A stretch of DNA of 64,000 nucleotides, taken from Spirochaetota bacterium (GTDB lineage Bacteria; Spirochaetota; UBA12135; COTS27; CAXSBA01). Position numbers and translations under genes: made by a program. Of this stretch, positions 30,704-40,729 are shown in pieces; positions within the stretch are counted from its first letter, which is position 1; the number at the start of each line of letters is the position of its first letter. Where the stretch lies: the NCBI GenBank assembly GCA_965224715.1, contig OZ245054.1, forward strand, positions 2,004,334-2,068,333, given 5' to 3'. Under the pieces are notes generated by a model that worked only from the letters and a program-made list of their open reading frames with translations, was not told the origin of the DNA and did not search any database.

Positions 30704-33700
30704 TCAATTATTCATTTTTTGAAAACTTTTTCTTATAAATGAACTTAAATTCTCATTGATCAGATAAAGAGTTGGTATCACGAATAAAGAAGCCGTAGTT
30801 CCAAATAACATTCCCCAGATCATACCCATCGACATGGGTGAAATAATACTATCTGTTTTTCCAATAATCGCATAAGCCAAGGGAATAAAACCCATAACCG
30901 TACTTCCAGTGGTAATCAAGATAGGACGGAATCTAGCCAACGAACCCTCAATAATAACCTCCCGAATGTCCGGTTGTGGTGAAGACGATGGTATCTCTTC
31001 TCTGGAATGTTCAGAGTCCCTATAACTATTTTCACTATGATATTTAAAGTAATTATCACGAAGACTATTGATGAAATCAATCAAAATGATTGAAGAATTA
31101 ACAACAACACCACCATAGCCGAGAATACCTACCATAGTTAGAAAAGAAATATTGGTATTTTGAATACTGAATGCGATGATGATTCCAGCGATTCCAAATG
31201 GAATGGAAGAAACTACTAGAAAGGGTTGAGTGAAATTTTTGAATTGGATCACTAATAACATATAAATGAAAAGAACAGATCCCAAGATGGCAAAGGTAAA
31301 TTGACGTAAAGTATCAGAGCTATCCTTAGCTTCTCCACCAAAAGTAATCTTGAGCTCAGGATATTTCTCTATCCAACTCTTGAAAAGTTCAGAAAATTCT
31401 GTGAGCATTTTTTGGGAGGAATTTTTCTGAGAATCAAAATTAGCCCATACCATATTCATAGCCTTACCTTTCTCCCTTTTAATTTTTACTACACTATTTG
31501 TCTCAACTAAAGTCACTAACTCATTGAGTTCAGTGGTTATCCCTGTAGGGCTTGTTATGGTCAAATCATCTATGGGATTGAAAAAATTCCTAGACTCACT
31601 ATCTAATTTTAATATCCATTCAATGATTTGGTTGTCAATTTCTGCTTCTTTAATGTTTATTCCTTCAAAAGAAAAACGGAGAGTTCGAGCAATTCGTTCT
31701 GCACTGATACCGGAATAATATGCTTCAGGCTTAGGAATTACCTGAATCTCCTGTAATCCTTCTTCATAATCAGTATTAATTTCGGAAAAAATCGGATTAG
31801 ATTGTAAGTCAATCATTATTCCAGAGATTATGACTTTCCTAACCTCTTCGTCAGGATGAAAGATATTAATTTCTATGGGTTTTCCAGATGGTGGCCCCCC
31901 ACTATCAATAAAATATTCTATGCTTTTTAAATTTAATTCGGCTTTTTGGACACCTTGTGTAATCACCTCACGCACTTGATTTGCATTTAGTTGCCGATCA
32001 AAAAACGGAGCAAGAATGATCTCAATTCGAAAGTTATTGAAACTACCATCTCCGATTTTAGTGATATAGGACCTTACCGTTCCTTCTGGAATTCTGTCAA
32101 TGACTTTTTCGATAAATTTAACTTGGGTTTCAGTATAATCAAGATTGCTTTCGCTTGGAGTTTTTCCGTCAATAATTATCTTATTGGATTGTTCTGTAGA
32201 AAAGAGGTAATAATTAACGCTCTCCGAAGCTCTCCATGTAGCTAAACCAATAATAAGAATTACAGAGATTAAAAAAACAATGGGGTTTTTTAAAGCATTT
32301 TTCAAAGACCAATGATAAATTTTTTTATTATATTTAAGGAAACGATCTCCCCAGGGAGGACGGTGGTAAGAGCGGGTATGAGCCAAATGACTTGGAAGGA
32401 AAAAAACTGATTCAATAAAACTAGAAATGAGCATGAAACTAACTGTGAGAGGAATTTCAATAGCAAAATCCCCCAAAACCCCTGGAATGAAGAACATGGA
32501 AGCAAAAGAAGCCAAAGTGGTTAGAAGAGAAAAGATAAGGGGCTTGAGGATCTTCTGGAGCCCTAACAGACTAGCTTTAGCAGGAGAGTATCCCTTGTCG
32601 ATATAATACATTGTTAGCTCTCCAATTACTGTGGGATTATCAACGATAATACCTAAGGTTAGAATAATCCCACACAGAGAGACATTGTTAATGGTAATAT
32701 CAGTTGCCCACATTAAGATAGTGCTAAAAAGAATAGTGGCAGGCATTTCGAAAATGGCCCAAAAGGCTATAGAGAGTTTTAAAAATAAAAATAAGACCAC
32801 AGCAACCAAAACCAAACTGGAGAGGCCACTATTAAAAGCAATGGAAAGTCTTTGTTCAGTTTCCCAGGAGTCATTCTCATGAACCCTCACTTGAAAGTCA
32901 GGGTGACCTTCTTGAAATTTTTCGATTAACTTTTCTATTGATAGGGAAAATTCTATAATATCGAGCTGGCTTTTCTTTACCACTTCAATTTTATACCCAG
33001 GATCTCCATTGATATGATAGATAATATCAGTCGGAGGCAAATCGAGCACGACTTTACCAATATCTTTGATTTTTACTGTAGGACTATCTGGAAGTTGGTA
33101 GCCACCGGGACGGAGAATGATATCACTGATTTCATTCGGAGTTTTTCTCTCCGATAAAGTAACCATTCCTTTGACTTCATTATTCGACTCGATATTCCCA
33201 GCTGATAATCGAATCTGATCTTGATGAATCAATTTATATACCTCTTCAAAAGTGATTTGATATTCTTTCATCTTATCTTTATTAAGCAGAATTTGAATCT
33301 GTTTTTTAGGAATATCATCATACACTAAGGAGACCGATTCAGAATTTCTGAGCTCATCTCGAAGAACTAAAGCTTGACGTGAAAATTCTAAAGGGTCATA
33401 GTTTTTAGGGGCTTTAGGTGTGATTCCCAAAATCATGGTGGGCTTATTATCAATTTTAATTTCACTAATATGGGGTTGTGATTCCATCTCTGAAGGAAAG
33501 TCACTAATACTACTTACTTCATTTCTGATTTTGGTTTTAACATTATCAACTTCAGCTTCGGAATCAATTTCCAAAAAAAAGAAAGCATAGTTCGGATAGG
33601 AAGTAGATTTGAATTTTTTGATTCCATCAATAGCTTTTAGTTTGTCATTGATTTTACGGGTAACCTGAAGTTCGATTTCATCTATAGAAAAACCAGGAAC

Positions 33701-33850
33701 CTTAGCAGTGATGGTCATCTGGTTGAGATCTACCCGGGGATAGGCAAAACGTTTAATCTCAATGATAGCCATAAAAGATGCTAAAAAAAGAACACCTATT
33801 ATCATCCATTTAACAATAGGATTTTTAATAAGATACTCGGTGATACTCAT
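30704..33850 (-). CDS. RND-family efflux transporter permease (AcrB/AcrD/AcrF type)
   Basis: 1048 aa with a 12-TM layout, two large periplasmic loops, and the duplicated N and C halves typical of HAE-RND pumps. Confidence 0.85.
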   Translation of the reverse strand: MSITEYLIKNPIVKWMIIGVLFLASFMAIIEIKRFAYPRVDLNQMTITAKVPGFSIDEIELQVTRKINDKLKAIDGIKKFKSTSYPNYAFFFLEIDSEAEVDNVKTKIRNEVSSISDFPSEMESQPHISEIKIDNKPTMILGITPKAPKNYDPLEFSRQALVLRDELRNSESVSLVYDDIPKKQIQILLNKDKMKEYQITFEEVYKLIHQDQIRLSAGNIESNNEVKGMVTLSERKTPNEISDIILRPGGYQLPDSPTVKIKDIGKVVLDLPPTDIIYHINGDPGYKIEVVKKSQLDIIEFSLSIEKLIEKFQEGHPDFQVRVHENDSWETEQRLSIAFNSGLSSLVLVAVVLFLFLKLSIAFWAIFEMPATILFSTILMWATDITINNVSLCGIILTLGIIVDNPTVIGELTMYYIDKGYSPAKASLLGLQKILKPLIFSLLTTLASFASMFFIPGVLGDFAIEIPLTVSFMLISSFIESVFFLPSHLAHTRSYHRPPWGDRFLKYNKKIYHWSLKNALKNPIVFLISVILIIGLATWRASESVNYYLFSTEQSNKIIIDGKTPSESNLDYTETQVKFIEKVIDRIPEGTVRSYITKIGDGSFNNFRIEIILAPFFDRQLNANQVREVITQGVQKAELNLKSIEYFIDSGGPPSGKPIEINIFHPDEEVRKVIISGIMIDLQSNPIFSEINTDYEEGLQEIQVIPKPEAYYSGISAERIARTLRFSFEGINIKEAEIDNQIIEWILKLDSESRNFFNPIDDLTITSPTGITTELNELVTLVETNSVVKIKREKGKAMNMVWANFDSQKNSSQKMLTEFSELFKSWIEKYPELKITFGGEAKDSSDTLRQFTFAILGSVLFIYMLLVIQFKNFTQPFLVVSSIPFGIAGIIIAFSIQNTNISFLTMVGILGYGGVVVNSSIILIDFINSLRDNYFKYHSENSYRDSEHSREEIPSSSPQPDIREVIIEGSLARFRPILITTGSTVMGFIPLAYAIIGKTDSIISPMSMGMIWGMLFGTTASLFVIPTLYLINENLSSFIRKSFQKMNN

Positions 33851-33892
33851 GACAAAGACTAATTCTGCCAGCTTTTTATTCGATTAAAAAGG

Positions 33893-34969
33893 CTAAAGGT
33901 ATATGGGAAAAGACCACTTAATCCCATTAAGAAAGTCAGAAACTAAAAGTTTTTTTTTCCCAGATTTTTGAATAGAGGTAATGCTTAAAGATTGAATTTG
34001 AGTAAAATTTTTTGGAGTTGGAGAATTGTTATTTCGAGCAACTAGAAAAAGTCGGAGTGGATGGGTTAATTTGATCAAGGATAAGGTTCTGGAACTAGAT
34101 TCTAGAAGACTATGAAGAAAAATATCACCATATTGATTCTGAATATCATGGATGGGAGTTTCAACTTTTTCTATATCTTGGATTACATAGTTTATTATAT
34201 TATCATTTTTGTTCGACTTACGAAAATAAATTCCTGGCCAGGGTTGATAGGCCAAGAATTTTCTAGAGATTTCAGTAATGCTCATAGGCGAATGAATCTG
34301 ACCATCCTTTTTTTCTATCTTTTTACAATAATTTCCAAGTCCGATATCGTTTTGAGAAGTGAAATTCAAATCTTCCTCAATTAACTGTTGGACGAATCCA
34401 GGTAAAACCAACTTAACGGTATCCACCGCAGAATCAAAAGCCTCAATGGCATTAAGACCAGTCAAGGGAAATGAACGAGATAGAAGGATGTCTCCGACAT
34501 CAAGCTTCTCTTCTATTTTTTGAATAGTAATTCCAGTTTCATCATCTCCGTTTAAAATAGCGGCTTGGATGGGTGAGGCTCCCCGATAACGAGGAAGAAG
34601 GGAAAAATGAATATTGAAGCAACCAAGTCGAGGAAGATGAAGCCAAGATACTGGCAAAATATGACCATAGGCTACTACGATAACAGCATCAAGAGAAAGA
34701 TATCTAAGATATTCGATTTCCTCGACATTGATTTTTTCCGGCTGCCGAAGTTCAATACTTTCTTTGTTATTAGAAAAGGTTTTCATTTTCATATAGGTAG
34801 TTACATAAGTAGCTAGAGGACTCTCTTGAAGTTGTTGCCCCCTTCCCGAGGGTTTAGGAGCATGAGTCCAAATCGGGCCTATCTTAATCTGGGGAAATTC
34901 TTGAAGGAGACGGAGAATTGTCACCGAAACCGGAGATGATCCCATGAATCCGCAGTTAAGAGTTTTCAA
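33893..34969 (-). CDS. fmt: Methionyl-tRNA formyltransferase
   Basis: Formyltransferase core (NIHFSLLPRYRGASPIQAAILNGDDETGITI) plus a C-terminal Fmt domain that is extended and divergent. Confidence 0.8.
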   Translation of the reverse strand: MKTLNCGFMGSSPVSVTILRLLQEFPQIKIGPIWTHAPKPSGRGQQLQESPLATYVTTYMKMKTFSNNKESIELRQPEKINVEEIEYLRYLSLDAVIVVAYGHILPVSWLHLPRLGCFNIHFSLLPRYRGASPIQAAILNGDDETGITIQKIEEKLDVGDILLSRSFPLTGLNAIEAFDSAVDTVKLVLPGFVQQLIEEDLNFTSQNDIGLGNYCKKIEKKDGQIHSPMSITEISRKFLAYQPWPGIYFRKSNKNDNIINYVIQDIEKVETPIHDIQNQYGDIFLHSLLESSSRTLSLIKLTHPLRLFLVARNNNSPTPKNFTQIQSLSITSIQKSGKKKLLVSDFLNGIKWSFPIYL

Positions 34970-36039
34970 CGAATATAAAAGTCAGTAATAACAGCGCTAA
35001 AAGTATAACCTCCACCCACAGAAATCAAAAGAAGTTTAAGCTTCTTTAGTTCATAGGGAGGTTTGAATTCGTTTTTAAGAAAGAGATCCAATGCCACCGG
35101 AACACTGGCACTGGAGAGGTTCCCTAGGGTCTCAATCTTTTTCAAAACCTGAGATTCGGGAAAATTGATCACTTTTTGGAAACTCTTGAGAATACGAACA
35201 TTAGCCTGATGAGGGATGATATAGTCGAAGTCCTTAAAAGTATAACCATTTTTCTCCATAGCTTTGATTGCGATAGCCTTCATAGTTCGAACCGCATTCC
35301 TCTCAACCAATGGACCACTATTGAAAAAAATATCGCCTCTACGTTCCATATAAACTTGCTCACTATAATCAACTCCAGAGGCAAAGCTCTTGATTCCTGC
35401 TACTTTAGACCGACTGACCACAAAGGCCCCTGCTCCATCGCTGAAGATAATGGCACTTTTGGGATCTTGATAATTCATTTTATTACTGAGCTCCTCTGAA
35501 GCCACTACCAGAATATTGTTGAATGCTTCGGACTTAATTTTCACTACCGCATCAATGAGGGCATCTAAAAATCCGCTACAAGCCCCATTCATGGTCACCG
35601 CAGGGGCATCAATACCTAGGAGATGGGCAAGAGTGACCCCTGCAGAAGGCATGATTCGATTGCTGCTATAGGTGGAGAAAATAACATGATCGATAGCTTT
35701 TTTATCGATCTTGGCATCATCGATGGCTTTGATACTGGCCTCCCGAGCCATATATTCTACAAATAAATTTTTCTCCTTGGCCTCTTCAAAGAAACTGTCT
35801 TGGGAAGAAACAAAAGGACGGGATTTGATTCCACATACCTGTTGTACCCACAAGTCAAATATTTCTCCCTCGGTTTTATGAGAGAGATCATGTCCCTTTC
35901 GAGTTAAAGAGATTATCGCCTTGTCTTTTTCAAAATTATTGACTCGATCATAGAGATCGATATTATCAACCAAATATTGAGGAACAAAGGATCCGGTCCC
36001 AACGATAGAGACGGATGGGAATTTAGATGGATTTTCCAT
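34966..36039 (-). CDS. 3-oxoacyl-ACP synthase III family protein (FabH-like)
   Basis: Active-site Cys context NGACSGFLDAL, HQANVRIL and the GNLSSASVP Asn motif. Overlaps fmt by 4 nt. Confidence 0.8.
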   Translation of the reverse strand: MENPSKFPSVSIVGTGSFVPQYLVDNIDLYDRVNNFEKDKAIISLTRKGHDLSHKTEGEIFDLWVQQVCGIKSRPFVSSQDSFFEEAKEKNLFVEYMAREASIKAIDDAKIDKKAIDHVIFSTYSSNRIMPSAGVTLAHLLGIDAPAVTMNGACSGFLDALIDAVVKIKSEAFNNILVVASEELSNKMNYQDPKSAIIFSDGAGAFVVSRSKVAGIKSFASGVDYSEQVYMERRGDIFFNSGPLVERNAVRTMKAIAIKAMEKNGYTFKDFDYIIPHQANVRILKSFQKVINFPESQVLKKIETLGNLSSASVPVALDLFLKNEFKPPYELKKLKLLLISVGGGYTFSAVITDFYIR

Positions 36040-36296
36040 TTAAGTATTAATTATAATATACATTAAATATTTAAAACAGATCCAAATTCAAAGATCTAAT
36101 CTTAATTTGATAGTAAAATTTAGGGGCTGACTCCTTTAATGTAATATTAGGGTAAATAGGAATTTATTTTTATAGATTTGTTCAATGCATTTTTTGATTG
36201 TAGAGTTTACCTTCATTTGAAGAATTAGTTTTATGATATTGTATCTATGTATATAATGAGAAAATAAAACTAATTAAAGTACTAAGGTTAAAAATA

Positions 36297-37424
36297 ATGT
36301 ATAAATTTTCTGATAGCGATAGATTTTTACTATGTATCCCTCTGGGTGGCTTAAATGATACCTTAGTTCAAATCGAAAAATGTTGGGAATATGCTAAAAA
36401 ATATAATAGAATATTGCTCATTGAAACAACAAGGGGCACAGTTATTGATTCTAATTATTTTTCTGAAAATTTTGATGAGTTCTTTTCATTTAAAGATGCT
36501 TATAAAGATAAAGTGAGAGTAATTTATAACTCAGATTATATTAATAATAACATGCTTGAATTACTTGATAGTTTGGATTGTCATCCTACACATATGCAAG
36601 GGTCATTAAGATTTTACAACAAATGGAAAAGTAGACTTCACGAAGTTGATTTTAGTAAAGACTATATAGAAAGATTATTAATTCACTATACGTGGGGAGG
36701 TGGCGAAGAAACACAAAATTTCTTGAATAAAGTTACATTATCTGATCGTTTCAGGAAAAGAATAATACCAACACTAAATACCCTACCTAAAGACTATATG
36801 GCTATCCATATTCGTCATACAGATTATCAAAGTAACTTCCAACGGTTTTTTGAAAAAATCAAAAAAAAAGTAAAAAAAGAGAACCTTCTGATTTGCAGCG
36901 ACAACCCAATAGTTATAGATTATGCTAAAGAATATTTTAACGAATCAAAAATTTTTACTATAACAACAGTACCCTGTTTTAGGATAGAAAGGAATTTACA
37001 TACTACTGATTATGAAACACGTGTTGATGATGCTTTTATTGATTTATTTGCTTTAGCAAAGTCTAAAAAATTGTTTTTCACAAAAGTAAGACCAAAAAGA
37101 TTAACAAAAAAAAATATATATAATCAATTTTTTTCTAAAGTATATAATGAATCACTTTTTACTATTAGGTATAGGCGCATAACATTAGTAAACATATTTA
37201 AAGGATTACGTTTTATATTGTATAGTCTTCATATTACATTTAAAAAATTATTTTGGGCAAAGATAACAAACAAACATGTACATTTTACTCACACCTCAGG
37301 TTTTTCGAAACTGGCAACATATCTACATAAAAATCCTCATGTGATAGATAACTTATTGGGGGTAGAAACAAGTTTTTGGAATGATAAAGAAGAGCATGAC
37401 TACAGATCTATACAAAAAGATTAA
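36297..37424 (+). CDS. Hypothetical protein, possible fucosyltransferase-like glycosyltransferase
   Basis: 375 aa and very AT-rich. The only recognisable motif is AIHIRHTDY, which resembles the HxRRGDY motif I of GT11/GT23-type fucosyltransferases. The call is weak. Confidence 0.3.
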   Translation: MYKFSDSDRFLLCIPLGGLNDTLVQIEKCWEYAKKYNRILLIETTRGTVIDSNYFSENFDEFFSFKDAYKDKVRVIYNSDYINNNMLELLDSLDCHPTHMQGSLRFYNKWKSRLHEVDFSKDYIERLLIHYTWGGGEETQNFLNKVTLSDRFRKRIIPTLNTLPKDYMAIHIRHTDYQSNFQRFFEKIKKKVKKENLLICSDNPIVIDYAKEYFNESKIFTITTVPCFRIERNLHTTDYETRVDDAFIDLFALAKSKKLFFTKVRPKRLTKKNIYNQFFSKVYNESLFTIRYRRITLVNIFKGLRFILYSLHITFKKLFWAKITNKHVHFTHTSGFSKLATYLHKNPHVIDNLLGVETSFWNDKEEHDYRSIQKD

Positions 37425-37430
37425 AGATGA

Positions 37431-38135
37431 ATGTTAAAAATTTTTATTATCGGTCATTTAATAAGCCAATATGTTGAAATTTTAGTGAAAAAAGTGGAAC
37501 AAGTACTTATATATTCAGATAGTCTCACATGGGGAATTATTCCTAATACCAGAAACCGTTTGCCCTTTAATAAGCGTTGGCCAGGAGTATTTGAAAATGC
37601 TCTTTTAAAGAACGGAAAAAATATTAAGGTAATTGAAAATTGCCTCAATGGTCGTAGAACTGTTTGGCCTGATCCTTTCAAAGATGGGAGGGATGGGTCA
37701 AAAGGATTGGCCCAAGTGATCGAAATGCACTCTCCTTTACATCTCGTAATCCTTATGTTAGGTACCAATGATTTTCAGGCAACACATCAAAACAATGCAC
37801 AGCTTTCTGCTCAAGGAATAGCAAAACTGGTAAACATTATCAAACAATCACCCATTGAACCAGGTATGCCTATTCCTGAAATCTTGATCATAGTACCGCC
37901 ATCCATCAGAAATCCCAAAGGTTCTATCGCCCATAAATTTGAAGGAGCTGAAAAACGTTGGGTTGGATTAGCAGATAATCTTAAGAAAGTGGCTAAAGAG
38001 TTATCAGTTAAATACTTTGATGCAAATACAGTAACTAAATCAAGTCAAATAGATGGCATTCATCTTGATGAACCACAACACCAAGTTTTAGGAAAAGCCA
38101 TTGCTGAAACAGTTTTAGATAAGAGAATATTCTAA
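37431..38135 (+). CDS. SGNH/GDSL-family hydrolase
   Basis: Block I is YSDSLTWG, block III is GTNDF and block V is DGIHLD. The true start may be an internal codon near aa 20. Confidence 0.75.
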   Translation: MLKIFIIGHLISQYVEILVKKVEQVLIYSDSLTWGIIPNTRNRLPFNKRWPGVFENALLKNGKNIKVIENCLNGRRTVWPDPFKDGRDGSKGLAQVIEMHSPLHLVILMLGTNDFQATHQNNAQLSAQGIAKLVNIIKQSPIEPGMPIPEILIIVPPSIRNPKGSIAHKFEGAEKRWVGLADNLKKVAKELSVKYFDANTVTKSSQIDGIHLDEPQHQVLGKAIAETVLDKRIF

Positions 38136-38358
38136 CCATTATGCCCAATCAAATCACAAGCTATCCCTCTAGATCCGACTATTTAATTATCTGACAATAG
38201 CTCAGACGGAAAAAATAATTGTCTACGTTTTAATAACTGATTGATCCTTAATCCCTATATGGATAGTGTCCCTATTTTATATTTATTTAATTATGACTGT
38301 TGAATTTTTAATTAATTTATAATAATATAGAAGTCATGAAGAATCACATATCTTCCCT

Positions 38359-39252
38359 ATGCAACTAAAAAAATATTTTCCTTCTTTATTATTGGTTCTC
38401 AGCTTAATCGTCTTTTTGAATAGTTGTACTGGTATACTTATCAAAATCGTTTACAATAAAGCTGATTGGTTTATTAAAAATGAAGTCGATAAACTTTTTG
38501 ACATCACCTGGAAACAAGACTCTATTCTCTCAGATGGTCTTTCCCTTTTTCTTTACCATCACAGACGTCAAAATCTTCCCTATTTACATACCTTCATGGA
38601 AAAAATTAAGAAAAATACTCTCAAAGATCAGCTTACCATTGAAGATATCCGCAATACTACTAATGACTTCAATAAAATCAGGAGTCAGCTAATTAAATCC
38701 ATACTCAATAATGAAGTTATACAGTTCATCTCTTCCCTGGACATGGAACAAGTTGAATATTTTACTTCCAAATCTAGCCGCTTTACCGAACCTAGAAAAG
38801 AAGATGGTGAGAAAACCTTTCGAAACTTTACTGATCAGGAAAATCACAAACGGAGGTTTGAGAAAAGAAAAAAAAATATCATCACTTGGTTTGGCAAGAT
38901 TACCCCTACACAAGAGAAGATCATTTATAATTATCCTTTATTTACAAGGGAATATGAAGAAATATATATTTTGGAGAAGAAACGAAATGTAGAAAGAGTC
39001 ATTGACCAACTTCGAAAACAAGTATCAGGTCAATCTCCACCTCAAGAAACTGTTCAGCTTTTAAAGAAACTTTTTACTCAATCAAACGAAATCATGAGTC
39101 CTCAGTATATTACCATCCTCAACAAAAGAAAGAAACTCTTTTTTAGTTTTTTGATAAAATTTCATAAAACTTTGATGCCAGAACAAAAAAAATATTTCGA
39201 GAAACAAGCAAACTACTATATCGAAGTGGTTTCAGACTTGATGAAAGCTTGA
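38359..39252 (+). CDS. DUF6279-like lipoprotein
   Basis: Lipobox VFLNSC. The N-terminal IVYNKADWFIKNEVDKLFDITWKQ...YHHRRQNLPYL pattern is typical of DUF6279 lipoproteins. Confidence 0.5.
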   Translation: MQLKKYFPSLLLVLSLIVFLNSCTGILIKIVYNKADWFIKNEVDKLFDITWKQDSILSDGLSLFLYHHRRQNLPYLHTFMEKIKKNTLKDQLTIEDIRNTTNDFNKIRSQLIKSILNNEVIQFISSLDMEQVEYFTSKSSRFTEPRKEDGEKTFRNFTDQENHKRRFEKRKKNIITWFGKITPTQEKIIYNYPLFTREYEEIYILEKKRNVERVIDQLRKQVSGQSPPQETVQLLKKLFTQSNEIMSPQYITILNKRKKLFFSFLIKFHKTLMPEQKKYFEKQANYYIEVVSDLMKA

Positions 39253-39314
39253 TAGAAAGTAAATCTTGGTTTATTAATTAAGAATGAAAGCAGATTAAAT
39301 CAGATATCCAAAAA

Positions 39315-40007
39315 ATGAGATTCGTTCATATTCTATTTTTAATTTCAGTGACCACCCTGATATTATCGTTTTTCAGTTGTGGTTCTTCCAAAAACGATTC
39401 CAGTAAAAAAGTTAATAAGAGCCAATCCATAAAAAATAACTCTGTGAATGATCCTAAAGAAAACCTTCCCACTATTGTTTTCTTGGGCGATTCTCTTACC
39501 GAAGGATATCGGGTTGGACTTGAAGAAAATTATCCCGCCCAAGTGGAAAAAAAATTAGTCGAGCAAGGTATCCAAATTAAAGTAGTGAATGGAGGACTTA
39601 GTGGAGATACCTCTGAAGGTGGACTTGAACGACTTAATTGGTTTCTCAAACTTGAACCGGATTATCTGTTCTTAGCTCTGGGATCTAATGACGGACTTCG
39701 AGGACTTCAGTTAGATGATACCTATGATAATCTTTCTTCCATCATTGAGGCATGTCAAGAACGAGGGGTGAAGGTATTCCTTACAGGTCTCAAGATTCCC
39801 CCTAATTACGGCCTCACCTACACCCAAGAATTTGAAGCGATTTTCACTCGACTTAGTCAAAAATACTCCCTACCTCTCTACCCGTTTTTATTAGAAGGTG
39901 TCGCTGGGGAAACAAAATTTAACTTAGAGGATGGCATTCATCCCAATCCCCAAGGCTACAACATCATCAGTGATGGGATAACAGAATTCATCATTAAAAA
40001 TTTATAA
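39315..40007 (+). CDS. TesA-like arylesterase/lysophospholipase (SGNH hydrolase lipoprotein)
   Basis: Lipobox LSFFSC and the SGNH blocks FLGDSLTEGY, GLSGDT, GSNDG and DGIHPN. Sits next to a ybbA/ybbP-like ABC pair, as tesA does in E. coli. Confidence 0.85.
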   Translation: MRFVHILFLISVTTLILSFFSCGSSKNDSSKKVNKSQSIKNNSVNDPKENLPTIVFLGDSLTEGYRVGLEENYPAQVEKKLVEQGIQIKVVNGGLSGDTSEGGLERLNWFLKLEPDYLFLALGSNDGLRGLQLDDTYDNLSSIIEACQERGVKVFLTGLKIPPNYGLTYTQEFEAIFTRLSQKYSLPLYPFLLEGVAGETKFNLEDGIHPNPQGYNIISDGITEFIIKNL

Positions 40008-40036
40008 TCAGACAAACCAATTTTACGGAGATAGAA

Positions 40037-40723
40037 ATGCTTATACTAGACAATATTTCTAAGGAATTTCAAGAAACCGAAAATAGTATCAAGGTGGAGA
40101 TATTAAGTAATCTCTATTTTACCCTCAAAACCGGTGAAACCGCTGCTATTCTCGGCAAGTCCGGATCGGGAAAGTCCACACTTCTTTCCATCATCGCAGG
40201 GTTGGATGCTCCTACCTTTGGAACTCTAACCCTAGACAGTATTGACCTTACCTCCCTTTCTGAAAAAGAACTCAGTGCCTTTCGTTCCGAAAAAATCAGC
40301 ATCGTGTTTCAACAATTCCATCTTATTCCTCATCTCACCGCATTAGAGAATGTCGCTCTTCCTTTAGAGCTTACCGGAAAGAGTAGTAGTCATACCCCTG
40401 AGGGTGTCCTCTTTGCAATGGGATTGGATCATCGTCGTGGGCACTATCCCAGCCAAATGAGCGGAGGGGAGCAACAACGGGTAGCTATAGCCCGGGCTTT
40501 GGTGGTAGAGCCGTCACTACTCCTAGCCGATGAACCAACCGGAAATTTGGATGAGGAAACCTCTGAGGAGGTAACCCAATATCTTTTTAAAACCGTTAAA
40601 GATTTAGACCTTTCTCTCTTACTGGTAACCCATGACCGCCATATCGCTTCTTTCTGCAAGAAACAGTATCTTCTCCAAAAAGGAAAACTGCATAAAATTA
40701 CAAAATCGAAAGAGATACAATAG
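40037..40723 (+). CDS. ABC transporter ATP-binding protein (YbbA/LolD-like)
   Basis: Walker [10 protein letters not shown], signature [15 protein letters not shown] and Walker [13 protein letters not shown]. Confidence 0.9.
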   Translation: MLILDNISKEFQETENSIKVEILSNLYFTLKTGETAAILGKSGSGKSTLLSIIAGLDAPTFGTLTLDSIDLTSLSEKELSAFRSEKISIVFQQFHLIPHLTALENVALPLELTGKSSSHTPEGVLFAMGLDHRRGHYPSQMSGGEQQRVAIARALVVEPSLLLADEPTGNLDEETSEEVTQYLFKTVKDLDLSLLLVTHDRHIASFCKKQYLLQKGKLHKITKSKEIQ

Positions 40724-40729
40724 ATAAAG

